DNA of 64,000 nt from an uncultured Actinomycetes bacterium (GTDB lineage: Bacteria > Actinomycetota > Thermoleophilia > Gaiellales > Gaiellaceae), in the NCBI GenBank assembly GCA_963766155.1, contig CAVYAJ010000040.1, positions 12,463 through 76,462 on the forward strand. Reading direction: 5' to 3'. Position numbers and translations under genes: made by a program. A model generated the notes under the pieces. It searched no databases and had not been told where the DNA came from. It was given only the letters and a program-made list of their open reading frames with translations. This document shows positions 51,407-62,453 of this stretch, in pieces; positions within the stretch are counted from its first letter, which is position 1, and each line of letters begins with the position of its first letter.

Positions 51407-52834
51407 CTACTGAATCGAAAGCAGTCCGACGAGCCTGGCGACGTCGCCGTCGCGCTCGCCGTAGAGGACGAGCGACTGCAGGGGCTCGAGGTTCCGGTCG
51501 AGCCAGTCGGGGGTGGCCTGGCCGGTGAAGCCCATGAGCCCGGACAGGACGGGCAGCGCCTGATCGAGGTCGACGTAGAGGAAGCCTGTCGTCTCGTCGG
51601 GCATCCCCGCCGCCTCGGTCGCGTCCTTGAACGCCTCGTCGTCGGCGAGCCGGCCGTCGTCGGCCCGCAGGTCCGCGATCCCCTCGCGCGACGTCGTGAT
51701 GACGAGCTTGCCGTCGAAGGCCGCGTAGTAGACCGAGAAGAACTGGTTGACGGCGAGCTCCTTCGCCTGCACGCCGTCGATGTCGACGGACTCCAGGTCC
51801 GCGGTGCCGTAGTACTCCGCAACCTCGCCGGCGAGCTTGTCGAGGACTGCGAGGGCGCCCTGCTCGTCGTCGACCTGGGTGACGATCGTCACCTCGGGGA
51901 TCGGGAAGCCCGGGCGGAGGTACAGGGCAGACTCGGCCGAGAAGAGCGGGAACACGTCCTCGTCCAACGAGACGCCGATCTGGGCCTCTGCGCGGCCGAT
52001 GTCGCGCTCGATCCCGGGCGCCACCTCGGCGAGGACGTCGCGCAGGGTTCCCAGCTGGCGCTCGAGGTCGTTCGCGCCGGCGTAGACGAAGGCGCCGCCG
52101 GGCACCTGGCTCGGCAGCTCGGCGGAGAACTCATCCGAGAAGAGGTCGCCGGTGGCAGGGCTCGCCGCGCCCTCGATGTGGATGCCGTCCTCCTGCGGGT
52201 CGAGCGAGAATGCGAGCGACGGCGTGTCCGAGCCGAAGAGACCCGCAAGCGGCGTCGAGTCGAGCGCCGAGGCTGCGACGTAGACGGTCGCGATGCCGTC
52301 GTCGGCCACCTCGCCGCTGACCTTCTGGTAGTCGCCGTCCCCTTCGAGGGTGCCGTCCGCCTGCAGCCGCTCGAACTCGTCGAGGTTCGCCTCCGAATCC
52401 GAGAACGCGACCCAGCCGTCGATCTCACGGGAGACGAGCGGCTCGTCGCTCTTGGCGAGGAGCGCGTCGAGCTTCGCCCGGTCGTCCGGCTGCGTGAGGC
52501 CGACGACCTTCCCCTCGCCGGTGACGTCGAGCGCGACGAAGTCGGTCTCGGGCCCGAGCGCGGGCTTCACGTCGTCCTCGAAGTCGACGCCCTTCCCGCC
52601 GAGCTCGCCGAGGATCCATTCGACCGCGCGATCTCCGTCCGGGAACTTGCCGAGGAGCTCGCGGCCCGCGCTCCAGTTCGCCGAGTCGAAGCTCGTGTCC
52701 ACGCTGACGAAGACCTGCGAGGACGCAGGCGCGACGCTCGCCCCGGCGGCGCCCGGCGACGACCCTTCTCCGCACCCTGTGGCGGAGAGAGCAAGCGCGG
52801 CGGCAGCGGCGAGAACGAGGACGAGCCTATTCAT
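51407..52834 (-). CDS. DUF3352-like secreted lipoprotein
   Basis: Intact 475 aa. Signal peptide with lipobox LSATGC. Acidic, no catalytic motif recognised. Family name recalled from the pattern only. Confidence 0.5.
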   Translation of the reverse strand: MNRLVLVLAAAAALALSATGCGEGSSPGAAGASVAPASSQVFVSVDTSFDSANWSAGRELLGKFPDGDRAVEWILGELGGKGVDFEDDVKPALGPETDFVALDVTGEGKVVGLTQPDDRAKLDALLAKSDEPLVSREIDGWVAFSDSEANLDEFERLQADGTLEGDGDYQKVSGEVADDGIATVYVAASALDSTPLAGLFGSDTPSLAFSLDPQEDGIHIEGAASPATGDLFSDEFSAELPSQVPGGAFVYAGANDLERQLGTLRDVLAEVAPGIERDIGRAEAQIGVSLDEDVFPLFSAESALYLRPGFPIPEVTIVTQVDDEQGALAVLDKLAGEVAEYYGTADLESVDIDGVQAKELAVNQFFSVYYAAFDGKLVITTSREGIADLRADDGRLADDEAFKDATEAAGMPDETTGFLYVDLDQALPVLSGLMGFTGQATPDWLDRNLEPLQSLVLYGERDGDVARLVGLLSIQ

Positions 52835-53700
52835 CGGTCGGCCTCCGACCCATCAACCCTGAGACTAGCTGGCTCAGACTCGCGCCATCGAGGACCTGGC
52901 ATACCGCCTCAGTTATCGGCAGCTCGACGCCGTTCCTGCGCGCCAGCTCACGGAGGACCGGGGCGGTGGTCAGCCCCTCGACGACCTGGCCGATCTCGGC
53001 GGCCGCCCCGTCGGGTGACGCGCCGCGCGCGATGAGCTCTCCTGCTCGGCGATTGCGGCCGTGGCGGCTCCAGCACGTGACCATGAGATCGCCCATCCCA
53101 GCCATGCCCGAGAACGTCTCGGCGCGCGCCCCACATGCCTCGCCCAGGCGAGCCATCTCCGCAAGGCCGCGCGTGATGAGCGCGGCCTTCGCGTTGTCGC
53201 CCGCCTCGAGGCCGTCGACGGCGCCGGCGGCGAGGGCGATCACGTTCTTCGCGGCCGCGCAGAGCTCGACTCCGACGAGGTCGGTGTTCACGTACACGCG
53301 AAAACGGAGCGAGTGGATCTCGTGCTGGAGCTCGGTGGCGAGCTCCTCGTTCGTGCTCGCCAGCACCGCCGCGGCGGGCAGGCCCTGCGCGATCTCCTCG
53401 GCGTGGTTCGGCCCGGAGAGCGCCAGCGCCTCGCGCCCTTCGACGACCTGCGACAGGCGCTTGCCGGTCTCGGGATCGAGCCCCTTGGTGAGGATGATGA
53501 CCGGCGCGCTTCCCCGGCAGCGACGCGGTCACCTCCCGGAAGGCGCGGCTCGGGACGGCGACGCAAACAAGCTCCGCGGCCGCCACCTCCGGTCTTTCGG
53601 GCGCGTCCCGGCCGGCGAGCGTGACCTCGTGCCCGCGCCCCTCCATGACGCCCGCGAACGCCGCACCCCACGACCCCGCGCCGACGACGGCGACCTTCAT
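52827..53700 (-). CDS. gpsA: NAD(P)H-dependent glycerol-3-phosphate dehydrogenase; frame break near 53515
   Basis: Contains [18 protein letters not shown] (shifted frame), AAKNVIALAAG and GDLMVTC. Confidence 0.9.
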
Positions 53701-55003
53701 CCGCGCCGCACGAAGTCGATGATGACGGGCACGCCCTCGATGCTGAAATGCTCGCGCAGGCGGTTCTCGACCCAGTAGCCGTAGTCGCGCGTCAAGAGGC
53801 CAGGATCGTTGACGAAGAAGCGAAAGCGCGGCGGGCGGGTCGAGACCTGGGTGCCGTAGAGGAGGTTCAGTCGCCGGTTGCCCTTCGCGGGCCCCGGCCG
53901 CTGCTCGCGCAGCTCGGCGAGGAAGCGGTTCAGCTCCCCGGTACCGACCCGGCTCGTGTGCGTGTCGAAGAGCTGTTCGACGCGGTCGAGGAGCTTCCCG
54001 ACCCCGCGGCCAGTCGTCGACGAGACCGCGGCCATCGTCGGGCGCTGGCGGAGACGGCTTCCGAGGCGGTCGCGCACGTCCTCGATCCCCACCTCGGCGA
54101 TGTCCCACTTCGACAGGACGACGAGCGTCGAGCAGCCCGCCGTGCGGGCGACGTCGGCGACGGCGAGGTCCTGCTCGACGACGCCCTCGCTCGAATCGAC
54201 GAGGACGAGCGCGACGTCGGCCCGCTCGGCCGCGCGGATCGCCCGGAGCTCCGAGTAGTACTCGACGCCCTGCCGCTGCCGCCGCTTTCTCCTCATGCCG
54301 GCGGTGTCGACGAGCACGAACGTCCTCTCTCCGCGCTCGAGCACCGTGTCGACGCTGTCGCGCGTGGTCCCCGGCTCCCCGGAGACGATCACGCGCTCCT
54401 CGCCGACGAGCGCGTTCAGGAGGCTCGACTTCCCTACGTTCGGGCGCCCGAGAATGGCGACGCCGATCGCGTCCTCCCCCACCTCCTCCCGCCCTTCGCC
54501 CGGAAGGGCCGCCACGATCGCGTCGAGGAGGTCTCCGGTTCCGTGGCCGTGCATGGCGGAGATCGCGACGGGGTCTCCGAGGCCGAGCCGGTGGAACTCG
54601 TGCGCGGCGGCGTCGTTCTGCGGGTCGTCGATCTTGTTCGCGACGACGACGACCGGCTTGTGCGCGCGGCGGAGGATCTCGGCGATCTCCTCGTCGCCCG
54701 GAGTCACTCCGGCGCGCGTGTCCACGACGAAGAGGACGAGGTCGGCCTCCTCGACCGCACGCTGCGCCTGCTCCGCGATGTCGCGCGTGAGGGGCGACGG
54801 GTCGGCCACGTCGACGCCGCCCGTGTCGACGAGGATGAAGCGCTTCCCCGACCACTCGCACACGACCTCCTTGCGGTCGCGCGTCACCCCGGCGTCTCGA
54901 AGACGACCGCCTCGCGGGTCGCGGACAGGCGGTTGACGAGCGTGGACTTGCCGACGTTCGGGAAGCCGACGACCGCGACCGTCCCCAGGAGGGGAGCGGT
55001 CAT
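53697..55003 (-). CDS. der: Ribosome-associated GTPase Der (EngA); frame break near 54890
   Basis: Two G domains: [18 protein letters not shown] and [20 protein letters not shown]-like C-terminus. Confidence 0.9.
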
Positions 55004-55679
55004 CCGGCTTTGGAGGGGACCGCCGCGCGGTGCGGCGGAACCGCGTCCGGCCGACCGAGCTCGTGCATCTCGACGAGGAAGCGCCAGAGGCGCAGGATCT
55101 CGTCCTGGATCTCCGCGGTCGCCTGCTTGTAGCCGCGCCCGTTCCGCGGGAGCTGGTCGAAGCGCATCGGCTCGCCGAACGCGACCGACACCGGCGCGCG
55201 GTTCCACTTCCAGTACTGGGAGCCGTGGATCGCGGCCGGCACGACAGGCACCCCCTCCTGGATGGCGACCATGGCCGCTCCGGACTTGGCCTCCCCGGGC
55301 ACCCCGGCCTTCTGCCGCGTGCCCTCGACGAAGAGGCCGAGCAGGTCGTTCGAGCGCACCGTTTCCCGCATGAGGCGCAGCGCATCGCGGTCGGACTCCC
55401 CGCGGCGGACGGCGAGCGCACCGTGCGCGCGCATGAGCTGCCCGAAGCCGTAGACGCCGTGAAGCTCGACCTTGGCGACGAAGACGATGCGGCGCGGGCA
55501 CGCGACCCCGACTACCGGCGGGTCGGCGTAGGAGAAATGGTTGACCGCCAGCACTGCACCGCCTTCGCGCGGCACGCGCTCCCTCCCGTACGCCTTGACC
55601 GGGATCATCGAGTGCGTGAACGCGCCGATGAGCGCCTTGCCGATTCCCCAGTAGACCGGCGAATGGACCGGATGGATGC

Positions 55680-55683
<4 letters not shown>
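55000..55683 (-). CDS. plsC: 1-acyl-sn-glycerol-3-phosphate acyltransferase family protein
   Basis: Intact. Contains NHFSYADP (HxxxxD), FVEGTR and VPVVPAAI. Confidence 0.85.
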
Positions 55684-56322
<639 letters not shown>

Positions 56323-57615
56323 CTACCTGGCCGCGAGGGCGTCGAGCATCGGAAAGAAGTCGGGGAAGCTTACAGCGACGGACTCGGCGCCCTCGATGCT
56401 GAGACCTTCGCGGGAGACGAGGCCGGCGACGGCGGCGAGCATGGCGATGCGGTGGTCGGCGGCGGCGTCAACCGTACCCCCGCCCTTAGGGCGGGTGGGA
56501 ACCCCACGCACCCGGAAGCCATCATGCGCCGTTTCGATCCGGATTCCTAGTGGCCGTAGAGCGTTTTTCACGGTCTCGATGCGGTCCGACTCCTTGACGC
56601 GCAACTCCTCCGCCCCGCGCACGACGCTGTCTCCCCTGGCCATTCCGGCCACGAGCGCGAAGAGCGGCAGCTCGTCGACCAGCCGCGGCACCTCGGCCGG
56701 CCCGATCGCGGTCGCGGTCAGGTCGGCGTGCTCCACCTCGAGGTCGGCGACCGGCTCGCCGCCCTCCGACCGCCGGTTGAAGTGCGCCACCCGCGCGCCC
56801 ATCCTCTCGAGCACGTCGAGCAACCCGGTACGCGTCGGGTTGAGCCCGACGCCGTGGATCCTGATCGACGACCCGGGCAGGAGCGTCGCAGCAACGACGA
56901 ACGGCGCCGCCGACGAGAAGTCTCCGGGGATCGAGAGCGACAGCGGATGGAGCCGTTCCGCCGGCCACACGGCCGGCTCGCCTGCTTTCCTCCGCACCCG
57001 GGCCCCGGCCGCCTCGAGCATGCGCTCCGTGTGGTCGCGGCTCGGATGCTTCTCGACCACGGCGGTCCGGCCTCCATCCGCGAACAGCCCGGCCAGGAGC
57101 ACGCACGACTTCACCTGCGCGCTGGCGACCGGCAGCTCGTAGCGAATCGCCCGAACCGGCGCCCCGCCTTCGACGACGAGGGGCGCATGCCCGTCCTCCG
57201 TCTCCACCTGAGCGCCCATCTCGGCGAGCGGCTCGGCGATCCGCCCGAGGGGCCGGCGCGAGAGAGACTCGTCGCCGACGAGCTCGAAGCGTCCCTCCTG
57301 CCCGACGAGCAGCCCGGGCAGGAGCCGCATCAGCGTGCCGGAGTTCCCGCAGTCGATCGGGACACCGGGGGCCCGAAGCCCGCGGAGGCCCACCCCGCCC
57401 ACGCGCACTGCGTCCCCTTCCACCTCCACTTCGGCCCCGAGCGCGCGCATCCCGGCGGCGGTCGAGAGCGTGTCGGCGGAAGCGCCGAAGCCCGTGAAGC
57501 GGCTCTCCCCGTCCGCGACGGCGCCGAAGAGGAGCGCGCGGTGGGAGATCGACTTGTCGCCGGGCACGGCGAGGTCGCCGCGAAGGGAGACGGCCGGCTC
57601 CACGTCCAACGCCAC
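56323..57615 (-). CDS. aroA: 3-phosphoshikimate 1-carboxyvinyltransferase (EPSP synthase)
   Basis: GTG 57615. Contains VPGDKSISHRALLFG, DCGNSGTLMRLL, LRVKESDR and DHRIAM. Appears fused to tyrA in the ORF track only because of a tyrA frame break. Confidence 0.9.
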   Translation of the reverse strand: MALDVEPAVSLRGDLAVPGDKSISHRALLFGAVADGESRFTGFGASADTLSTAAGMRALGAEVEVEGDAVRVGGVGLRGLRAPGVPIDCGNSGTLMRLLPGLLVGQEGRFELVGDESLSRRPLGRIAEPLAEMGAQVETEDGHAPLVVEGGAPVRAIRYELPVASAQVKSCVLLAGLFADGGRTAVVEKHPSRDHTERMLEAAGARVRRKAGEPAVWPAERLHPLSLSIPGDFSSAAPFVVAATLLPGSSIRIHGVGLNPTRTGLLDVLERMGARVAHFNRRSEGGEPVADLEVEHADLTATAIGPAEVPRLVDELPLFALVAGMARGDSVVRGAEELRVKESDRIETVKNALRPLGIRIETAHDGFRVRGVPTRPKGGGTVDAAADHRIAMLAAVAGLVSREGLSIEGAESVAVSFPDFFPMLDALAAR

Positions 57616-57617
57616 GC

Positions 57618-58720
57618 CTACTCGTCCTCGAAGGCCGGCGACACGATCACGGAGTAGCCCTGCGCCTCGAGGAGCCCAGCCGCGCGACGCGCCTCGTCCT
57701 CGCCCGAGACGAGCACCGAGAGGGTGCCGCCGCGCTCGGGCGACATGTGCTGGAGCTCGAAGTCCTCGATGTTGATCTGCTCGGCGCCGAGCGCCTGGGT
57801 GATCCCCGAGAGGACTCCGGGCCGGTCGGGCACGTGCACGCGCACACGCTGGAGCGCGCCGACGTCGCCGGTAGGCCTCGTCGAGCAGCGTCCGGCGGTT
57901 GACGGCCGCCTCGCCGATCCAGCGCGCGAGCCAGCCCGCGTCGCCCGTTGCGAGGGCGCGCTCGAGATCCTCGACGCGGCGCCGGTGCTCGGCCAGGGAA
58001 GTCCGCAGTTCTTCGGCGTTGTCGAGGAAGATGTCGATCCAGATGCGCGGGTTCGCCCCGGCGACGCGCGTCATATCGCGGAGCGACCCGCCGGCCGTTG
58101 CGAGCGGCTCGTGCCCGTTCACCCGCACCGAGCCGGCGTGGTTGAGGATGAGGTTCGCAAGGGCGTGCGGCAGGTGGCTCGTCACCGCCATGAGCCGGTC
58201 GTGCGCGGCCGGGTCGATCGCGACCGGGATCGCGCCGAGCGACGAGACGAAGCCGTGTAGAAGCTTGTAGCGCTCCGGCTCCGTCTCGGCGACAGGTGTG
58301 AGGAACCAGGTCGCGCCCTCGAAGAGCTCCGCGTTCGCGTGCTCCGGCCCACGCGCCTCCGAGCCGCAGACCGGGTGGCCGCCGATGAACCGCGCGCGTT
58401 CGGCGACGGACCCGCAGAGGGCGCTCTTCGTCGAGCCGACGTCCGAGACGGTCGGCTCCGAGCCCGCGCCGAGCACGGCCTGGACGGTCTCCTGCAGCGA
58501 GGCCACCGGCGTCGCCACGAGGGCGAGATCGGCGCCCTCCACCGCTTCGGCCAAGCGACCCTGCCGCGGAGTCGACGGCGCCCCGCTCGGCCGCGACGCG
58601 GAGCGAATCCTCGTCCGCATCCCAGCCCACGACCTCGGAAACGCCCACGCGCTTCGCAGCCAGGCCGACGGAGGCGCCGATCAGTCCCGTGCCGACCAAA
58701 GCAAGCCGCTCTGGGGCCAC
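57618..58720 (-). CDS. tyrA: Prephenate dehydrogenase with C-terminal ACT domain; frame breaks near 58570 and 57860
   Basis: Contains LVGTGLIGASVG, DVGSTK, GGHPVCGSE and SHLPH. ACT domain VHVPDRPGVLSGITQALGAEQINIEDF, ending at TAG 57618-57620. Confidence 0.85.
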
Positions 58721-60087
58721 TACGTGTCGAGTTCGGGCGCGCGCATGAGCTCGGCGAGGCGGAAGGCGAGGTCGAGCGACTGGCGTGCGTTCAGCCGCGG
58801 ATCGCAGAGCGACATGTAGCGGGAGGAAAGCTGCTCCTCGAGGACGGCTTCCGAGCCGCCGAGGCACTCGGTCACGTCCTCGCCCGTGAACTCGAGGTGG
58901 ACGCCGCCCGGCCAGACCCGCTCCGCGCGGCACGCGGCGAAAAAGCCCTCGATCTCGGCCATGATCGCGTCGAAGCGGCGCGTCTTGACGCCCGAATCCG
59001 TCTTGAAGACGTTCGCGTGCATCGGGTCGCAGGCCCACACGACGGGATGCTCGGTCTCCCGCACGGCGCGGAGGAGCGGCGGCAAGAGCTCGAAAACGTG
59101 CTCCGCCCCCATTCGCGAGACGAGCGTCAGCCGGCCGGGCATCCGCGCCGGGTTGAGCCGCTCGCAGATCTCGATCAGCTCGTCGGCGGTCGCCGTGGGC
59201 CCGACCTTCACGCCCAACGGATTGTTCACGCCCGAGAAGAACTCGACGTGCGCGCCGTCGAGCTTTCGCGTTCGCTCTCCGATCCAGAGCATGTGCGCGG
59301 AGCAGTCGTACCAGTCGCCGGTCGTCGAGTCGCGGCGGGTGAGCGCCGCCTCGTAGTCGAGCACGAGCCCTTCGTGGCTCGTCCACACGTCCACCTGATG
59401 CAGCTTCTGCTCGGCGACGACGTCGATCCCGCAGGCCGCCATGAAGAGAAGCGCGCGCTCGATCTCGGCGGCGAGCCGCTCGTACCGGCGGCCCTCGACG
59501 GACGAGGCGACGAACTCCTGGTTCCACTCATGCACGCGCAGCAGGTCGGCGAAACCGCCCTTCGTGAAGGCCCGGACGAGGTTGAGCGTCGACGTGGCGT
59601 GGTAGTAGGCCGCGACCATGCGCTCCGGATCCGGGATGCGAGCCTCCGCCGTGGGAGCGTCGTCGTGAATCATGTGGCCCCGGAACGACGGGATCTCCCC
59701 GTCCGCGCCGCGCTCGGTCGGCGAGGTCCGCGCCTTGGCGTACTGACCTGCGATCCGCCCCACCTTCACGACCGGCAGCGTGGCCCCGTAGGTGAGCACA
59801 GCCGCCATCTGTAGGAGGATCTTCAGCTTCTCGCGGATGTGGATCGCCGAGATGTCGTTGAACGACTCGGCACAGTCGCCCGCTTGGAGCAGGAACGCTC
59901 TGCCGGCGGCCACCTCGGCGAGTGCCGCGCGAAGCTGGCGCGCCTCACCCGCGAAGACAAGCGGCGGCACGGTTGCGAGCTTTCCGCGCACGGCCTCGGC
60001 CTGCTCCTCGCTCGGCCACTCGGGCTGGTGAAGCGCTCGATACGAGCGCCAGGACGACGGCGACCAGACAGAACCTGTGACAGCCAT
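58720..60087 (-). CDS. aroG: 3-deoxy-7-phosphoheptulonate (DAHP) synthase, class II
   Basis: Intact 455 aa. Contains QPEWP, AGDCAESF, KVGRIAGQYAKAR, WIGERTR and DPMHAN. Confidence 0.92.
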   Translation of the reverse strand: MAVTGSVWSPSSWRSYRALHQPEWPSEEQAEAVRGKLATVPPLVFAGEARQLRAALAEVAAGRAFLLQAGDCAESFNDISAIHIREKLKILLQMAAVLTYGATLPVVKVGRIAGQYAKARTSPTERGADGEIPSFRGHMIHDDAPTAEARIPDPERMVAAYYHATSTLNLVRAFTKGGFADLLRVHEWNQEFVASSVEGRRYERLAAEIERALLFMAACGIDVVAEQKLHQVDVWTSHEGLVLDYEAALTRRDSTTGDWYDCSAHMLWIGERTRKLDGAHVEFFSGVNNPLGVKVGPTATADELIEICERLNPARMPGRLTLVSRMGAEHVFELLPPLLRAVRETEHPVVWACDPMHANVFKTDSGVKTRRFDAIMAEIEGFFAACRAERVWPGGVHLEFTGEDVTECLGGSEAVLEEQLSSRYMSLCDPRLNARQSLDLAFRLAELMRAPELDT

Positions 60088-60171
60088 TTCGAAGTCAGTC
60101 TAGTGAGGCCCCTGCAGCCGCAGGAGGCGGGGCCGAATCACCTGCAGGGCCTTGCCATAATCAAGCTCCAA

Positions 60172-61152
60172 ATGCGCGTCCTCTCCGGAATCCAGCCGAC
60201 GGGCGAGAAGCACCTCGGCAACTTCGTCGGGGCCATTCGCCGCTGGGTGGCCGAGCAGCACGTGATGGATGCGTTCCACCCCATCGTCGACATGCACGCG
60301 ATCACGGTGCCGCAGGAGCCCGAAGCGCTGCGCGAGTCGACGCTCGACCTGGCCGCGCTTCTCATCGCGTGCGGCCTCGACCCCGACGTCTGCACGCTCT
60401 TCGTGCAGAGCCATGTGCCCGAGCATCCGCGCCTCGCCTGGGTACTGGAGTGCATGACGCCGTACGGCGAGGCGCGCCGCATGCCGCAGTTCCGGGAGAA
60501 GTCGGCGAAGAGCGAGAACTTCAGCGTCGGCCTCATGACCTACCCGGTGCTCCAGGCCGCCGACATCCTCCTCTACCAGGCCGACGTCGTTCCGGTCGGA
60601 GAGGATCAGCGCCAGCACCTCGAGCTCGCGCGCGACCTCGCGCAGCGCTTCAATCAGCGCTTCGGCGAGACCTTCGTCGTCCCCGAAGGAACATACGGCG
60701 AGGTCGGGGCGAAGATCATGGACCTCCAGGAACCGACGAGCCGCATGTCCACCACGTTCAGCGGCGACCTCGGCCTCGTACGCGTCCTCGACCCGCCCGA
60801 CGTGATCAGGCGCAAACTCCGCTCGGCCGTCACCGATTCGGGCCGCGACGTCGTTCGCAGCGAGGACAAGCCCGGCGTCACGAACCTCATCGAGATCATG
60901 GCGGTGGCGACCGGCGAGGAGCCAGAGGCGATCGAGGCGCGCTACGACGGCGCCGGCTACGGCAAGTTCAAGGAGGACGTCGGCGAAGCCGTGGTCGCGC
61001 TCTTCGACCCGATTCGGCTCCGCTACGCGGATCTGCGCGGCAATCCCGGCGAGCTGCACGCGATCCTCGCGCGCGGCGCGGAGAAGGCGCACGCGATCGC
61101 CGCCGAAACGCTCGCCCAGGCCTACGAGCGCGTTGGGTTCGTTCCGCCGTAA
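60172..61152 (+). CDS. trpS: Tryptophan--tRNA ligase
   Basis: Intact 326 aa from ATG 60172. Contains GIQPTGEKHLGNF (HIGH-type), YPVLQAADIL and GEDQRQH. A KMSKS-equivalent is present as RMSTT (60742-60756). Confidence 0.92.
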   Translation: MRVLSGIQPTGEKHLGNFVGAIRRWVAEQHVMDAFHPIVDMHAITVPQEPEALRESTLDLAALLIACGLDPDVCTLFVQSHVPEHPRLAWVLECMTPYGEARRMPQFREKSAKSENFSVGLMTYPVLQAADILLYQADVVPVGEDQRQHLELARDLAQRFNQRFGETFVVPEGTYGEVGAKIMDLQEPTSRMSTTFSGDLGLVRVLDPPDVIRRKLRSAVTDSGRDVVRSEDKPGVTNLIEIMAVATGEEPEAIEARYDGAGYGKFKEDVGEAVVALFDPIRLRYADLRGNPGELHAILARGAEKAHAIAAETLAQAYERVGFVPP

Positions 61153-61765
61153 GGGCCCGCTCCCGGAGTACCGCCCTTCGGACGGGAGCTACCGCGCGAC
61201 CGCGGCTCCGCTCGCCCGCCGGTTCGTCGCAGGGCTCGTCGATTGGACGATCGTCACGGTCTTCTTCCTGATCGCCCAGATCCCGCTCGGTGTCCTCCAG
61301 GCAACCGGGGATGAGATCGGAGGAATCGCGTCCTGGTCGGTCTTCTTCCTCACGCAGGCGGCCGGGCTCGCGATCATCGCCGGCTACTTCGCATTCTTCT
61401 TCTCGACCGGCCACACGCTCGGGATGCGCGCAGCGGACATCCACGTCGTCGGGGCGGGGAACGGCCGGAGCCCGGCGCTCGCACGCTCCGCAGGCAGAGG
61501 AGTCTTCGCCGTCGTCTTCTTTCTCGCATCGTTCACTGCCTACACGTACCTGCTCGGCAACTACGACACGCCGCTCTCCACCTTCCACCAGGTGTCGCGC
61601 GCCGTCTCGATCGCGGTCGCCTCGATCGCGTTTCTCGGCCACCTGTGGCAGCTGCGCGACCCGGCCGGGCGCGGGCTCTGGGACCGCCTCTTCGGGCTCG
61701 CGGTGATCGAGGACATGGTCCCGTCCTCGATGCCGGAGCGGCTATGGACCCCCTGGGGAACGTAG
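61133..61765 (+). CDS. RDD family membrane protein
   Basis: TTG start overlaps the trpS end. Contains LARRFVAGLVDW, three hydrophobic segments, TLGMRAADI and GRGLWDRLFG. Confidence 0.7.
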   Translation: MGSFRRKGPLPEYRPSDGSYRATAAPLARRFVAGLVDWTIVTVFFLIAQIPLGVLQATGDEIGGIASWSVFFLTQAAGLAIIAGYFAFFFSTGHTLGMRAADIHVVGAGNGRSPALARSAGRGVFAVVFFLASFTAYTYLLGNYDTPLSTFHQVSRAVSIAVASIAFLGHLWQLRDPAGRGLWDRLFGLAVIEDMVPSSMPERLWTPWGT

Positions 61766-62434
61766 CTTTGCGACCTCCTCGGCGCTGAGCTCGCGCCACT
61801 CGCCCGGCTCGAGCCCGTCGGCGTCGAGACCCGCGTACGAGCTGCGATGGAGCAGCGTGACCGGATGGCCGACCGCGGCCAGCATCCGCTTCACCTGGTG
61901 CTTTCGACCCTCGTGGAGGGTTAGCTCAAGCCGAGATGGCTCGAGGCGTCTGACCTCCGCGGGCGCGGTGATGCCGTCCTCGAGCTCGACGCCCTCGGCG
62001 AGCCGTGTCAGCGCGTCGTCGTCTGGCTCGCCCTCGACCTCGGCCTCGTAGACTTTGTCCACCTCATAGCGGGGGTGCATGAGCCGGTGCGCGAGCGGCC
62101 CGTCATTCGTGAGCAGGAGGACGCCGGTCGTGTCCGCGTCGAGCCGCCCCACCGGCACGACGCGCCGCTGATGTGCGACGAGGCCCACGACCGTCGGCCG
62201 TCGCTGCGGGTCGCGAGCGGTCGTGACGACGCCCGCGGGCTTGTGCAGGAGGACGTACGTGAGCGGCTCCGGGGTGACCTCGGCGCCGTCGACCTCGACG
62301 CGGTCTGCGCCCTCCACGAACGTCGCCAGGCCCGCTACCTCGCCGTTCACGGTCACGCGGCCTGCGCGGATCAGCTCCTCGGCGCCACGGCGCGAGGCGA
62401 TGCCCGCCCTGGCGAGGTAGGCGTTCAGGCGCAC
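61742..62434 (-). CDS. rluB: Pseudouridine synthase, RsuA/RluB family
   Basis: Intact, GTG start. S4 domain MRLNAYLARAGIASRRGAEELI. Contains HKPAGVVTT, GRLDADTTGVLLLTNDG and EGRKHQVKRM. Confidence 0.88.
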   Translation of the reverse strand: MRLNAYLARAGIASRRGAEELIRAGRVTVNGEVAGLATFVEGADRVEVDGAEVTPEPLTYVLLHKPAGVVTTARDPQRRPTVVGLVAHQRRVVPVGRLDADTTGVLLLTNDGPLAHRLMHPRYEVDKVYEAEVEGEPDDDALTRLAEGVELEDGITAPAEVRRLEPSRLELTLHEGRKHQVKRMLAAVGHPVTLLHRSSYAGLDADGLEPGEWRELSAEEVAKLRSPGGP

Positions 62435-62453
62435 GAGCGGTCATTATCCCGCC

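Noticed and set aside
50084-53035. 983-aa + strand ORF, the longest in the track
   Set aside because: It lies antisense to metK, the DUF3352-like lipoprotein gene and gpsA, all with clear homology on the minus strand. Its translation is low-complexity and R/A/G/D/E/L/V-rich with no motifs. This is a typical stop-free antisense frame in roughly 70% GC DNA.
56323-58620. Apparent bifunctional TyrA-AroA fusion protein (765 aa ORF)
   Set aside because: The TyrA ACT domain and its TAG stop (57618-57620) are present in another frame (57618..57845). AroA has its own GTG at 57615. The fusion is produced by a frame break near 57860.
60088-60171. T-box leader or Trp leader-peptide attenuator upstream of trpS
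   Set aside because: The 84-bp spacer, shared with a divergent gene, is far too short for a T-box (about 200 nt or more). It contains no short ORF with tandem Trp codons.
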